From the NCBI GenBank assembly GCA_963824565.1, contig CAWGQB010000020.1, forward strand, positions 67,575 to 131,574: a stretch of 64,000 nucleotides of DNA, given 5' to 3'. A program made the position numbers and the translations under genes. Origin of the DNA: an uncultured Pseudomonadota bacterium. GTDB taxonomy: Bacteria; Desulfobacterota; Binatia; Binatales; Binataceae. Shown here piece by piece: positions 18,765-28,910 of the stretch. How positions within the stretch are numbered: the stretch's first letter is position 1; each line of letters opens with the position of its first letter. The notes below the pieces were generated by a model. That model had not been told where the DNA came from. It saw nothing but the letters and a program-made list of their open reading frames with translations, and made no database searches.

Positions 18765-21389
18765 TCAGGCGCCCTTGCCGGGGTGCGCTGAATGCATTGC
18801 CGCTTCCAGGGCGGGCAGCGCGGCCTCCAGCGTCATGGGATCGGCCAGCGCCCCGATAAATGGGTCGCGGCGCAGCTTCGCCATCCGCGGGGGCATCGTC
18901 TTGATATTGAATTTGGCCGGGTCGAGGTTCGGCTTCAATTCTTTCCAATCGAGCGGCGCGGAAACCGGGGCGCCTTCGATCGGCCGCACCGAGAATGGCG
19001 CAGCGATGGTCTTGCCGTGTCCCAGTTGCAGGTAGTCGATATACACCTTGCCCGCGCGCGTGCGCGGATTGCGGTTGATCGTGGCGAGGTCAGGAATTCT
19101 GCTCACGACCAGGCGGGCCACCAGTTCCGAAAACATGCGGGCCTGCTCGTAAGTATATTTCGGCTCCAGGCCGACCATCACGTGAAGTCCCGCCTGGCCA
19201 GAGGTTTTCAGATACGGGCGCAGGCCCACCTCACGCAACGCGCCGGCGGTTTCCTCCGCTACCGCAACCGCGTTGCGGGTGGTGCTGCCCTTGGGATCGA
19301 TATCGAACAGCAGCCAGTCGGGATTTTCCAGGTGGGGCAGGCGCGATGACCAGATGTGAATCGTGATGGCGGCCAGATTGGCCATGTAGGCCAGCGCGTC
19401 CGCGCTATCCAGGACGAAATATGAGATATCGCGCTGGGAGTCGTGGGAATAGATTTTCTCGGTGCGCAGCCACGGCGGCGCAAATCCGGGCGCATCCTTC
19501 TGATAGAAGCTTTTCCCGTCAATCCCGTCGGGATACCGGGTGAGCATCACCGGGCGGTCCTTGAGATAAGGCAGCATCCAATCGGATATCGAAACGTAAT
19601 ATTCGATCAGATCACCCTTGGTATATCCCTGCGCGCGCCAGAAGACCTTTTCCGGATTGGTTAGCGCGACTCGACGTTGTGCACCGTCGGCGTCCGCCGC
19701 CGCCTGCTGGATCGCACCACCGGGCTCGGCAAGCAAGGAAGCGCCGGGCGGCGGCGCGGAATCTTCACCCCGCGGCCCTTTATAGACGCATTCGTGCGGG
19801 TCGAAATCCGGGACCAACCGCAGAAAACTCGGATGGCGGATGCCGCCCTGGTTGGTCCAATCCGCAAAGCGCACCTCGCAAACCAGTTCGGGCTCACAGA
19901 AATGGGCCGCGCGAGGCAGGGCCGGTTCATCGGCCTTGGGGCGGCGGAACGGCGAGTTATTCCGGCTGCGCTCGCGCATCAGATGATGTATATGCTTAAG
20001 CTTGTCGTAATCGAAGCCGGTACCAACTTTGTCGGTAAAGCGAAGGCTGCCGTCGTTCTCATACTGGCCCAGCATCAGCGCCCCGAAGAAGCTGCGGCTG
20101 CCGGCGGGATCGGTATAACCGCCGATCACAAACTTGCCCGTCTGTGGGCATTTGATTTTCATCCAATCCGGGGTGCGCCGTCCGCGATACGGCGACGCGC
20201 GCAGTTTGGCCATGATTCCTTCCAGGCCGGCGCCGGCGACCGCGTCGTAAAAGTCACGCCCGCGGCCTACGATATGTTCGCAATAGCGCAACGGTCCCTC
20301 GCCCTTGATCAACCGGGCGAGAAATTCCTTGCGCTGCTCCAGCGGCAGATCGCGCAGGTCAAACTCACCGAAGGCCAGCAAATCGAAGACGAAATGAATA
20401 ACCGGGACGGCAAGGCTCATGCGCGCGATGTCGCGGCGGTCGCTCAGATGCATCCGCCGTTGAAGGAGCTGAAAATTGGGCCGGGCATTATCGTCCAGCG
20501 CCACGATCTCGCCGTCGATCACGAAACGCTTGAAGGGCAGCGCGCGCAGGGCCAACGCGACTTCCGGATACTGGCCGGTTATGTCCGTGCCGCGCCGGGC
20601 GAAGAGCCGGACATCGTCATTCTCGCGCACGGCCAACGCGCGCACGCCGTCATACTTGATTTCGAACAGCCATTGATCGCCGTCCACCGGCTCATAACTC
20701 AACTTGGCGAACGTCAGCGGGAAGCCGCGCGGGTCCAACGGGACGCTGATGCGCGGCAGCTTGAGCCGGGCAAGTTCGGCAGCGGCCGCTTCGCCCGCGG
20801 CCGACGCCTCGTACATCTCCTCGACCGCCAGACCCGAAAGGACCGAGCGCGGATGCATCTCGAGCACGTCATCTTCGCTGGCGTACTCGTCGCGTTTCTT
20901 GATCAGCAGCCATTGTTGCTTATCGCCGGCGGCGGACTTGGTTCCGCGGCCGGTGCGGACCAGGGTGTACGCGCCTCGCAGTTTGAACCCGCGCATCATC
21001 AGGTCGAGTTTTCCCGCGCGCACCGCGGCGGCGACATCGTCTTTGGGATCGAGCGCAGTGTACACTCCGCGGTCCCAGACGATAACCGCCCCCGCGCCAT
21101 AGTTGCCCTCTGGAATTACGCCTTCAAAGTCCCCGTATTCCAGCGGATGGTCCTCGACCAGCACTGCAAGGTGTTTGTCAGCCGGGTTCAAGGAAGGGCC
21201 CTTGGGTACGGCCCATGATCGCAGCACTCCCTCCATTTCGAGTCGAAAATCGTAATGCAACCGCGTAGCGTCGTGCTTTTGGACCACGAATACCCCGCCG
21301 CTCTGACTGGCCCCGCCCCGCGGCTGCCCGCCGAAAGGTTCGGGGGTGCGTTCGGGGTCGCGCTTGGTACGGTAATGTTCCAGTGGCAT
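18765..21389 (-). CDS. ligD: NHEJ DNA ligase D (phosphoesterase-ligase-polymerase)
   Basis: QKHDATRLHYDFRLE (PE), EIKYDG (ligase), RYPDGI, FDIDP and KTSG (primase-polymerase). Confidence 0.95.
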   Translation of the reverse strand: MPLEHYRTKRDPERTPEPFGGQPRGGASQSGGVFVVQKHDATRLHYDFRLEMEGVLRSWAVPKGPSLNPADKHLAVLVEDHPLEYGDFEGVIPEGNYGAGAVIVWDRGVYTALDPKDDVAAAVRAGKLDLMMRGFKLRGAYTLVRTGRGTKSAAGDKQQWLLIKKRDEYASEDDVLEMHPRSVLSGLAVEEMYEASAAGEAAAAELARLKLPRISVPLDPRGFPLTFAKLSYEPVDGDQWLFEIKYDGVRALAVRENDDVRLFARRGTDITGQYPEVALALRALPFKRFVIDGEIVALDDNARPNFQLLQRRMHLSDRRDIARMSLAVPVIHFVFDLLAFGEFDLRDLPLEQRKEFLARLIKGEGPLRYCEHIVGRGRDFYDAVAGAGLEGIMAKLRASPYRGRRTPDWMKIKCPQTGKFVIGGYTDPAGSRSFFGALMLGQYENDGSLRFTDKVGTGFDYDKLKHIHHLMRERSRNNSPFRRPKADEPALPRAAHFCEPELVCEVRFADWTNQGGIRHPSFLRLVPDFDPHECVYKGPRGEDSAPPPGASLLAEPGGAIQQAAADADGAQRRVALTNPEKVFWRAQGYTKGDLIEYYVSISDWMLPYLKDRPVMLTRYPDGIDGKSFYQKDAPGFAPPWLRTEKIYSHDSQRDISYFVLDSADALAYMANLAAITIHIWSSRLPHLENPDWLLFDIDPKGSTTRNAVAVAEETAGALREVGLRPYLKTSGQAGLHVMVGLEPKYTYEQARMFSELVARLVVSRIPDLATINRNPRTRAGKVYIDYLQLGHGKTIAAPFSVRPIEGAPVSAPLDWKELKPNLDPAKFNIKTMPPRMAKLRRDPFIGALADPMTLEAALPALEAAMHSAHPGKGA

Positions 21390-21459
21390 AGGAATTGCCT
21401 TGTTTTCCAGTCAGGCTAGATTATACGATTTCGCTGGGTGAGTTACCCGGAGGGCCTGT

Positions 21460-22356
21460 ATGCCATCACGATCTATTTCCACGGGTGTGATCTCTTTTGG
21501 ATTGGTCTCAATTCCAGTGCGCTTGTTCACCGCCACCAGCCCCAAATCCATCAGTTTTAATCTGCTTCACGCCAAGGACAATAGCCGCATCCAGCAGAAG
21601 ATCTATTGCCCGGTGGACGACAAGATTATCGAACGCGACGAACTGGTGCGCGGATACGAAATCTCCAAGGGCCGGTACGTAACTTTTACCGATGAGGAGC
21701 TCAAGAGCCTCGAGGCGCAGGGCGACCACTCAATCGAAATCAACGAGTTCATTCCGTTGAAAGAAGTCGACCCCATTTATTTCGAAAATTCCTATTATGT
21801 GGGCTGCGAGCCGGCGTCGGCGAAAGCCTACCGTTTGCTGGCTGACGCAATGGCTCAATCCTCACGTGTTGCTCTGGCCACATATACGATGCGCGGCAAG
21901 GAGCATCTGGTCCTGATCCGCCCCCATGAGAAGGGGCTGATGATGCATACGATGTATTACGCCGACGAAATCCGTTCAGAAACTGATATCGATCAAGGCA
22001 CCAACGTGGAGGCCAAGCCCGCCGAGTTGGAACTCGCGAAGCGCCTGATCGAAGACCTGACGCAAAAGAAGTTCGAACCGGAAAAGTACCACGACAACTA
22101 TCGCGAACGGGTGATCGAGGCGGCCCAGCGCAAACTGGAAGGCCAGGAAGTCACCGAAGCTCCAGTAGAAGAGCGCAAGGGCCAGGTGATCGACCTGATG
22201 GCCGCGCTCAAGGCGTCATTGGAAAAACGCGGAGCCGCGTCGGAGAAGAAAACGGCCGTCGCGGAAGAAGATGCCGCCGAGCCCAAAGCGGCCAGGGCTC
22301 ACGCGCGCTCCGCCGCCCCACGCGCCGAACGCAAGCGCGCGGGTGGCAAGAAGTAG
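21460..22356 (+). CDS. ku: NHEJ DNA end-binding protein Ku
   Basis: ISFGLVSIPVRL, DPIYFENSYY, VIDLMAALKASL, basic C-terminal tail; divergent from ligD. Confidence 0.95.
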   Translation: MPSRSISTGVISFGLVSIPVRLFTATSPKSISFNLLHAKDNSRIQQKIYCPVDDKIIERDELVRGYEISKGRYVTFTDEELKSLEAQGDHSIEINEFIPLKEVDPIYFENSYYVGCEPASAKAYRLLADAMAQSSRVALATYTMRGKEHLVLIRPHEKGLMMHTMYYADEIRSETDIDQGTNVEAKPAELELAKRLIEDLTQKKFEPEKYHDNYRERVIEAAQRKLEGQEVTEAPVEERKGQVIDLMAALKASLEKRGAASEKKTAVAEEDAAEPKAARAHARSAAPRAERKRAGGKK

Positions 22357-22361
22357 GCAAA

Positions 22362-24668
22362 TCAGTCCGTGTCGGCCTCTGCGGCGGGTTCCAGGATCAT
22401 TTCCTGCTGCGCGGTTTCCGACGGCGGCATCAGCGCCGCCGCGTCGAACAGGCCCGGACGATCAATATAGGGTTTGAACTTGGTATAAAGCTCGTCGAGC
22501 TTCGCCTGGTAGTATTCGACGTTCTCGTCGGGGTTGGCGGGGTCGTGTTCCGACACCATCCGGGCCGCCGCATTCACCTTGACCTTGAGCCCCTTGCCGC
22601 TGACGTAATACGAAATCTGGTCGCCGCTGTTGTAGGGCCGCGATGCTTTTAACGCCAGTTCGTAGGCCGCCGCCACATTGCGCCGTTTGCCGCTGATCTT
22701 CTGGCGGTAAACTTCGAGCGAATCCTGCAGGGTATCGGTCTTCATCAGCTCGCGAATTGGAAGCTGATGGGCGGCGATCCGGCGTTTGTAAGTCTCCAGC
22801 AACTCCGCGATAGCGCCGCGCCGATCTTCGAGCATCAGCCGGAACATGTCTTCCATGAAGCGGCGCTGGAAGCGCTCGAGTCCGCGCGACTTGAGTCCCG
22901 AACCGCGAATCGTCAGCTCGCCGGTATCGTCGATCAGCACATAGTTCTTCATCTTGTAGCTGAACATCGCCGGATAACGTCCGTCGATTTCGAGCTTGAT
23001 ACCCTCGGGCAGGGCGCCGGCAATGCTATCGAGCAGTGCCTCCTGAGCGGGCTCATCGGGAAATCCGGGCGCCACGAAGTAGATGCCGTCGGTGTCCACC
23101 TCGATAACCTGCGCTCCACGCCCCTCCAGCTCCGCCATCGCGCGCTGGATCAGCTCGCGCCCGCGCCGCGTCACCCCTTCGGCCTGCGAGTAATCGTTGA
23201 AGTGGCCCATTGAGAAGCCCAGATAGCCGTAAAACGAATTGACCAGGATCTTGAAGGTCTGCTGCAGCGCTTCCATGTAGCGGCGCTCCGGGCCTTGCAG
23301 CTCGCGCACGGCGGCCTTGGCCTGAACCCTGAAGTGGCGCAGCTCGGTCAGCATTTTCAGAAAGATTCCCAAATGGTCGGAGATGGGACCGAGCCCGAAC
23401 TGCAACATCAAAGACGGATACAGCGAGGTGACGTCGCAATGCGCCACCTGATGCGCCACGCCCAGCCGTCGCACCTCGGTGTAGCCGCCCGCAAACGCGA
23501 TCGGCGGGCCGGGCAGCGGCACGCTATGACCCTGCGCCAGATAGGCGCGCAGTAAAATGGAGTCGATCTTGGTCGCGTTCCCACGCATAATCACGTTTTG
23601 ATACGAATAGGGAAAGATCTGCGCCTGCACGAAGTAGCTGAGCGAGAGCATGTCCGCGAGCTTCGATACCTGGCGCGCGTTGTCCAAAGTCGCGTCGCGC
23701 AAGGTTGCCGGGTCGTTTGCAGCTAGATCGCCGACGCGTTCGGGCTCGATATAGACCCGTGCGGGATGAACGAGCTTTAAGTGCCGCTCGATTTCCTCCA
23801 GTCCGAAGCCCTCCAGTTCGCGGCTGGCGATGTCGTAGTGCTGGGCCAGTATCCACGTATCGACCAGGCTGCGCCCATACACATCGAAGCGGCGGTAGGC
23901 TATCGTCCGCTCGGCGATTTGCATGCGCGAGGAGCGCGCCTTCATCACGCTGCCGTCGCGTCCAAGCTTCAGGGCTACGCTATGGCGCCGGGCGCGCGCC
24001 TGAATGTAATCAAGACCGAAGCGGAACAGGTTGTGGCCTTCGACAACGTCGGGGTCGCGCTCGCGGACAATGGCGACGAGTTGCTCGAGCATCGCCTTCT
24101 CGTCCATCTCGGAAGCCAGCAGAACCCGTTCGAAACCGGTGGAGTCGGTGATTGCGATAGCCGCGATCCGATCGCCGTCGCGCGCGCCGGAGGGAAACTC
24201 AAAGCCTGGACTGATGCAGGCCTGGACGTCGATTTGCATCCGCTGGAGATGGCCGAACTCCATACCCACGAAAAACGTCATCCCGGCCAGCATCAGGAAC
24301 TGCTCGACCGCATCGGTGAGCACGAAGTACGGATTCTCGGCTCCGCCCGACGCGGCCTTGCGCAGATGACGTTTGGCGGCTTCCAGCGCGGCCACCGTAT
24401 CGAACGCCGCCAGATAGCGGAAGGTGAAATCGCCGTCCAATTGGTCGATCGAGTGCGGCGCGCCGAAACCCGACAGCAGCGAGCGATCGCCCAGCAGAAT
24501 GAAGAATTTCGCGGCTCGCTTCTCGCGCGTCAGTCGCCCATCGACGCGCCGAAAAATCTCGGCCTTTTGCGGTCCAATCTCAACCGCGACAATGCCCGGC
24601 TGCTCCGTAGTCCCAAACAGCAACCGGTTGCGATAAAACTGCGCCGCAATTTCCTGGTAACGATCCAT
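22362..24668 (-). CDS. polB: Family B DNA polymerase (Pol II-like) with degenerate 3'-5' exonuclease motifs
   Basis: DVTSLYPS, K..NSFYGY and VDTDG intact; Exo motifs read DVQ, NLFRFG and DATLDN. Confidence 0.85.
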   Translation of the reverse strand: MDRYQEIAAQFYRNRLLFGTTEQPGIVAVEIGPQKAEIFRRVDGRLTREKRAAKFFILLGDRSLLSGFGAPHSIDQLDGDFTFRYLAAFDTVAALEAAKRHLRKAASGGAENPYFVLTDAVEQFLMLAGMTFFVGMEFGHLQRMQIDVQACISPGFEFPSGARDGDRIAAIAITDSTGFERVLLASEMDEKAMLEQLVAIVRERDPDVVEGHNLFRFGLDYIQARARRHSVALKLGRDGSVMKARSSRMQIAERTIAYRRFDVYGRSLVDTWILAQHYDIASRELEGFGLEEIERHLKLVHPARVYIEPERVGDLAANDPATLRDATLDNARQVSKLADMLSLSYFVQAQIFPYSYQNVIMRGNATKIDSILLRAYLAQGHSVPLPGPPIAFAGGYTEVRRLGVAHQVAHCDVTSLYPSLMLQFGLGPISDHLGIFLKMLTELRHFRVQAKAAVRELQGPERRYMEALQQTFKILVNSFYGYLGFSMGHFNDYSQAEGVTRRGRELIQRAMAELEGRGAQVIEVDTDGIYFVAPGFPDEPAQEALLDSIAGALPEGIKLEIDGRYPAMFSYKMKNYVLIDDTGELTIRGSGLKSRGLERFQRRFMEDMFRLMLEDRRGAIAELLETYKRRIAAHQLPIRELMKTDTLQDSLEVYRQKISGKRRNVAAAYELALKASRPYNSGDQISYYVSGKGLKVKVNAAARMVSEHDPANPDENVEYYQAKLDELYTKFKPYIDRPGLFDAAALMPPSETAQQEMILEPAAEADTD

Positions 24669-24752
24669 CGATTGCGATTGTGTACGCGGTCCGGCGCCTT
24701 ACTCAAGAGCGCTGGGCAGAGGCGACCAAGGCGGGGCCTCGCGACCGTTTTG

Positions 24753-24870
24753 CTATGTGGTACGGTAGACCACATAGGGAGATTCTGTGACAAGGGCGTC
24801 GGAGTCCGATATCGCCGCCCAGTTGATTCGGTACGGCGAGAGCGTACCCGTTCCGTAGGTTCCCTACGAA
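24753..24870. other. Cluster of short inverted repeats upstream of polB
   Basis: ctatgtggt-N7-accacatag (perfect 9 bp), gggcg..cgccc, ggtacg-N7-cgtacc, cgtagg-ttc-cctacg. Confidence 0.45.
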
Positions 24871-24898
24871 GAAATCGCGCTGCCGATTGCGATTTGAC

Positions 24899-25516
24899 CT
24901 AAGCGGCCGGAATTTTCAGGCCGCGCTGGACTGCGGGGCGGGCGGCGATTTCGTCGCGCCATCGTTTCAGGTTGGGCATGTTGTCCAGGTTGATGTTGAA
25001 GAAGCCCAAAATCGCGACCCAGGGGAAGGTTGCTATGTCGGCGATTGAATATTCTTCCGCGAGATACTCGGCCTCGCCCAGGCGTTGGTCCAGCACTCCC
25101 GCCAGGCGAATGGTTTCGTCGGTATAGCGCGTGATGCCTTGCTGATTGTCGGCGGCGTTGCGCTTGAACCATCCGAGTTGGCCGAACATCGGTCCGACGC
25201 CCGCCATCTGGAACATCAGCCATTCGATCGCTTCCATCCGCCGTACCGGGTCGCGCGGCAGCAGCTTGCCCGACTTCTCGGCCAGGTAAATCATGATTGC
25301 GCCCGACTCGAAGATCTTAAGCGGTTTGCCGCCGGGTCCCTCAGTATGGACGATTGCAGGGATGCGGCCGTTGGGATTGATGGCGAGAAACTCAGGCGTC
25401 TTCTGATCGTTCTTGGCCAGGTTTATCGCATGTACGTTGTACGGGATTTCGATCTCCTCGAGCATGATCGAAACCTTTTGGCCGTTGGGTGTTCCCCAAG
25501 TGTAAAGCTCTATCAT
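24899..25516 (-). CDS. Glutathione S-transferase, Nu class (YfcG/YghU-like)
   Basis: MIELYTWGTPNG, INPNGRIPAI, FESGAI, SIADIA. Confidence 0.9.
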   Translation of the reverse strand: MIELYTWGTPNGQKVSIMLEEIEIPYNVHAINLAKNDQKTPEFLAINPNGRIPAIVHTEGPGGKPLKIFESGAIMIYLAEKSGKLLPRDPVRRMEAIEWLMFQMAGVGPMFGQLGWFKRNAADNQQGITRYTDETIRLAGVLDQRLGEAEYLAEEYSIADIATFPWVAILGFFNINLDNMPNLKRWRDEIAARPAVQRGLKIPAA

Positions 25517-25720
25517 GATGTACTCCCTACTCGGTCGCAGAATTGGGCGTCGCTCTAAAATCCGTGGCCAGACTATCACCGTGCTCGCCTCTACCACCAG
25601 TCTCAACGCGCGAATCCGAAATCAACCGAAAAACCTGATGCTGGATTCTCCCGGAACATGGCGCTAGGGTCGCTCGCGGGGGGCCGTTCATAAAGTGACT
25701 TGGCGATGGAGGTTTACGCG

Positions 25721-27227
25721 ATGGGACTGCGACCACCCGGCCGCGACGACTTGATCGAGCTTGCGCGGCTTAACCATTTTGAACTTTCCGAAGAAGAACT
25801 GACCAATATTCTGCCCCTCATGGGCCCGATGTTTCACGGCTTCGACGACATCGACGCGATGCCGCAACCGGTGCGTCCGCTTAAGTTTTACGATCGCGAT
25901 CCGGGCGCGCGGCCGGCGCCCAAGGACGACCCGCTAAACGCTATCCTGCGCCGATGCTCGATTAAGGGCGCCAAGTCGGGCCGGCTCGCCGGCAAGCGCG
26001 TCGGGGTCAAGGACTGCGTGCTGGTCGCGGGCGTGCCGATGAGCTGCGGCTCGTTGCTGCTCGACGGCTATATTCCGGACCGCGATGCGCCCATCGTAAC
26101 CCGCATGCTGGAGGCTGGAGCCGAGATCGTCGCCAAGCTCAACATGGATAACATGGCATTTTCGGGCAGCGGCGACAGCAGCGCCTTCGGCCCGGTACTC
26201 AATCCGCATAACCCCGAGCATCTGTCCGGCGGCTCTTCAGGCGGATCCGGCGCCGCGCTCTATTACGACGATATCGACCTTACCATCGGCGGCGACCAGG
26301 GCGGCTCCATTCGCATCCCGGCTTCGTTCTGTGGAGTCGTGGGCCTTAAACCCACCCATGGCCTGGTGCCTTACACCGACATCATCGGAATCGATCCGAC
26401 TATCGATCACATCGGGCCGATGGCGCGCAGCGTGGAGGACGTGGCCACGCTGCTCGAAGTGATTGCCGACCCCATTCCGGGCGATCCGAATCGGAGCCGA
26501 ACTCCTTACACCGAATCGCTCACCAGGCCGGTCGGAGGGCTCAGGATCGGGGTGTTACGAGAGGGCTTCGGATGGGAAGCGTCCGAAGCCGATGTTGACG
26601 AGGCGGTGCGGCGCGCGGTCGACGCGTTGGCCAAGCTGGGCGCGCAGGTGGAAGAGGTATCGATTCCGATTCATCGCCGATCCACGCGTTTCCTGTCCGC
26701 GATCACCGCCGAGGGATTGGCGGCGTTGGTATCGCGCAACGGGATGGTTCATCATGCGCAGGGTCCTTACAATCCTCACCTGGCTCAAGCCTTCGGCGAG
26801 GCGCTGCGGCTGCGCGGCGCAGACATGCCACCGCCGCTCAAGATGAGTTTGTTGGTGGGCACGTACCTCAACCGTCGCTACATGGGACGAATCTACGGCA
26901 AGGGACAGAACCTGCGCGGCTTTCCTGCGCGCACAGTATGACGAAGTGCTCAAGCGGGTCGACATTATCGCGATGCCCACCACTCCGGCCAAGGCTCCGC
27001 AAAATGCCCCCAAGCTCGACGCCCATGCGCGGATGATGCGAGGCTGGCACGTCGCCAATAACACCGCCGCTTTCGATGTCACGGGGCATCCCTCGCTGAG
27101 CATCCCCTGCGCGAAATCCAAGGGCCTGCCGGTAGGGCTGATGCTAACCGGCAGGCATTTCGATGACGCAACGCTGCTGCGCGCGGCTCATGCGTATGGG
27201 CAGAATGTTCCCTGGGAGAAGGCCTGA
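25721..27227 (+). CDS. Amidase-signature family amidase (copy 1); frameshift near 26925
   Basis: VKD, GGSSGGS, GDQGGSIRIP; C-terminus lies in ORF 26946-27227. Confidence 0.9.
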
Positions 27228-27268
27228 AGCTCCCGCTGCGTTGAATTAGAAGTCCAGGAGTATAGCTG

Positions 27269-28776
27269 ATGGGAATGCGACCGCCCGGGCGCGACGATCT
27301 GGTCAAGCTCGCCGCGCTTAATCACTTTGAACTTTCCGAAGACGACCTGAACCATCTGGTGCCGATGATGGCGCCGATGTTCCAGCAGTTGGATCAACTC
27401 GACCGGTTGCCGGAACCCGGCCAACCGCGCAAGTACAGCAATCGCGATCCGGGCCGGCGTCCGCCGCGCAACGAGGACCCCCTCAACGCCATTCTGCGGC
27501 GATGCTCGGTCAAGGGCGCCAAGGCGGGCAAGCTCGCCGGCAAACGCGTCGGGGTCAAGGATTGCGTGCTGGTGGCGGGAGTGCCGATGACCTGCGGTTC
27601 GCTGATGTTAGACGGATATATCCCCGACCGCGATGCCACTATCGTCACCCGGATGCTCGATGCCGGGGCCGAGATCGTGGCCAAACTCAACATGGACAAC
27701 ATGGCGTTTTCTGGCACCGGCGCCACCAGCGCATTTGGGCCGGTGCTCAATCCGCATAACCCCGAGCATCTGTCCGGCGGCTCTTCGGGCGGTTCGGGCG
27801 CCGCGCTTTATTATGATGATATCGACCTGACGATTGGCTGCGACCAGGGCGGCTCGATCCGCATCCCGTCGTCATTTTGCGGGACTGTGGGCCTCAAACC
27901 CACACACGGCCTGGTGCCCTATACCGACATTATCGGGATGGACCCGACGATCGACCACGCCGGACCGATGGCGCGCAAGGTCGCGGATGTGGCGCTGTTG
28001 CTCGACGTGATTGCCGACCCGCTTCCAGGCTCTCGCCGAGGTGGCGCCGGCGTCTACACCAGCCAGTTGGAAAAAGGTGCTGCGGGACTCAAGATCGGCA
28101 TTGTGCGCGAGGGCTTCGGATGGGTAGGCTCCGAGGCCGAGGTCGACAGCGCTGTGCAGCCGCGCGCTGGATGCGTTGGCGAAGCTGGGCGCTCAGGTCG
28201 AGGAGATCTCGATTCCGATCCATCGCGAGGCCCTGTTCTTCGCGACCGGAGTGATGGCGGAAGGCCTGGCGGCGCTATTTGCGACCAACGGCATGGTCCA
28301 TCATGTCAAAGGAGCCTATAACGGCCATCTTGCGCAAGCCTTCGGCGAGGGTCTGCGGATGCGCGGGTCCGACCTGCCTCCGTTGCTCAAGTTGATGCTG
28401 CTGATGGGAACCTACCTCAACCGCCGCTATCTCGGACGGGTATATGCCAAGGCGCAGAATGCGCGTGGGTTCCTGCGCGAACAGTACGACGCTGCGCTGC
28501 TCCGTGTGGACATCCTGGCAATGCCGACCACGCCCACCACGGCCCATCGGCACGAGCCGGCCTTCAACGCCTACTCGGAGATGATGCGGGGGTTCGCCAC
28601 TGGCAACAACACCATGGTCTTTGACGTAACGGGGCATCCGTCGCTCAGCGTTCCGTGCGCGAAGTCCAATGGCCTGCCGGTTGGCCTGATGCTTACCGGG
28701 CGGCATTTTGAAGACGCGACGCTGCTGCGCGCCGCCTATGCGTACGAGCAGAGAGTACCCTTGGGAGCAGGCCTGA
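27269..28776 (+). CDS. Amidase-signature family amidase (copy 2); frameshifts near 28160 and 28762
   Basis: Same motifs; the end RVPWEQA* parallels copy 1 VPWEKA*. Confidence 0.9.
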
Positions 28777-28910
28777 ACGCTGGGGCCATCGGCGTTTCCC
28801 GGCGGATGCGGAATTATGCGTCAATACGGCACGTAGGCTCTTGGTCGAGAATCGACAACACAGTAAGTTGGCGATCGTAAGTGTAATCCTGACCGAGGAA
28901 GGGCTGCTCC

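Noticed and set aside
19677-21218. Long 513-aa + strand ORF antisense to ligD (and similar shadows, e.g. 7894-9165, 23781-24902, 38571-39689, 48984-50000)
   Set aside because: Antisense shadows of high-GC genes with no recognisable motifs
26900-28200. Programmed ribosomal frameshifting in the amidases or other split genes
   Set aside because: The shifts fall at different positions in the two paralogs, lack slippery heptamers, and are as common in housekeeping genes; assembly error is more parsimonious
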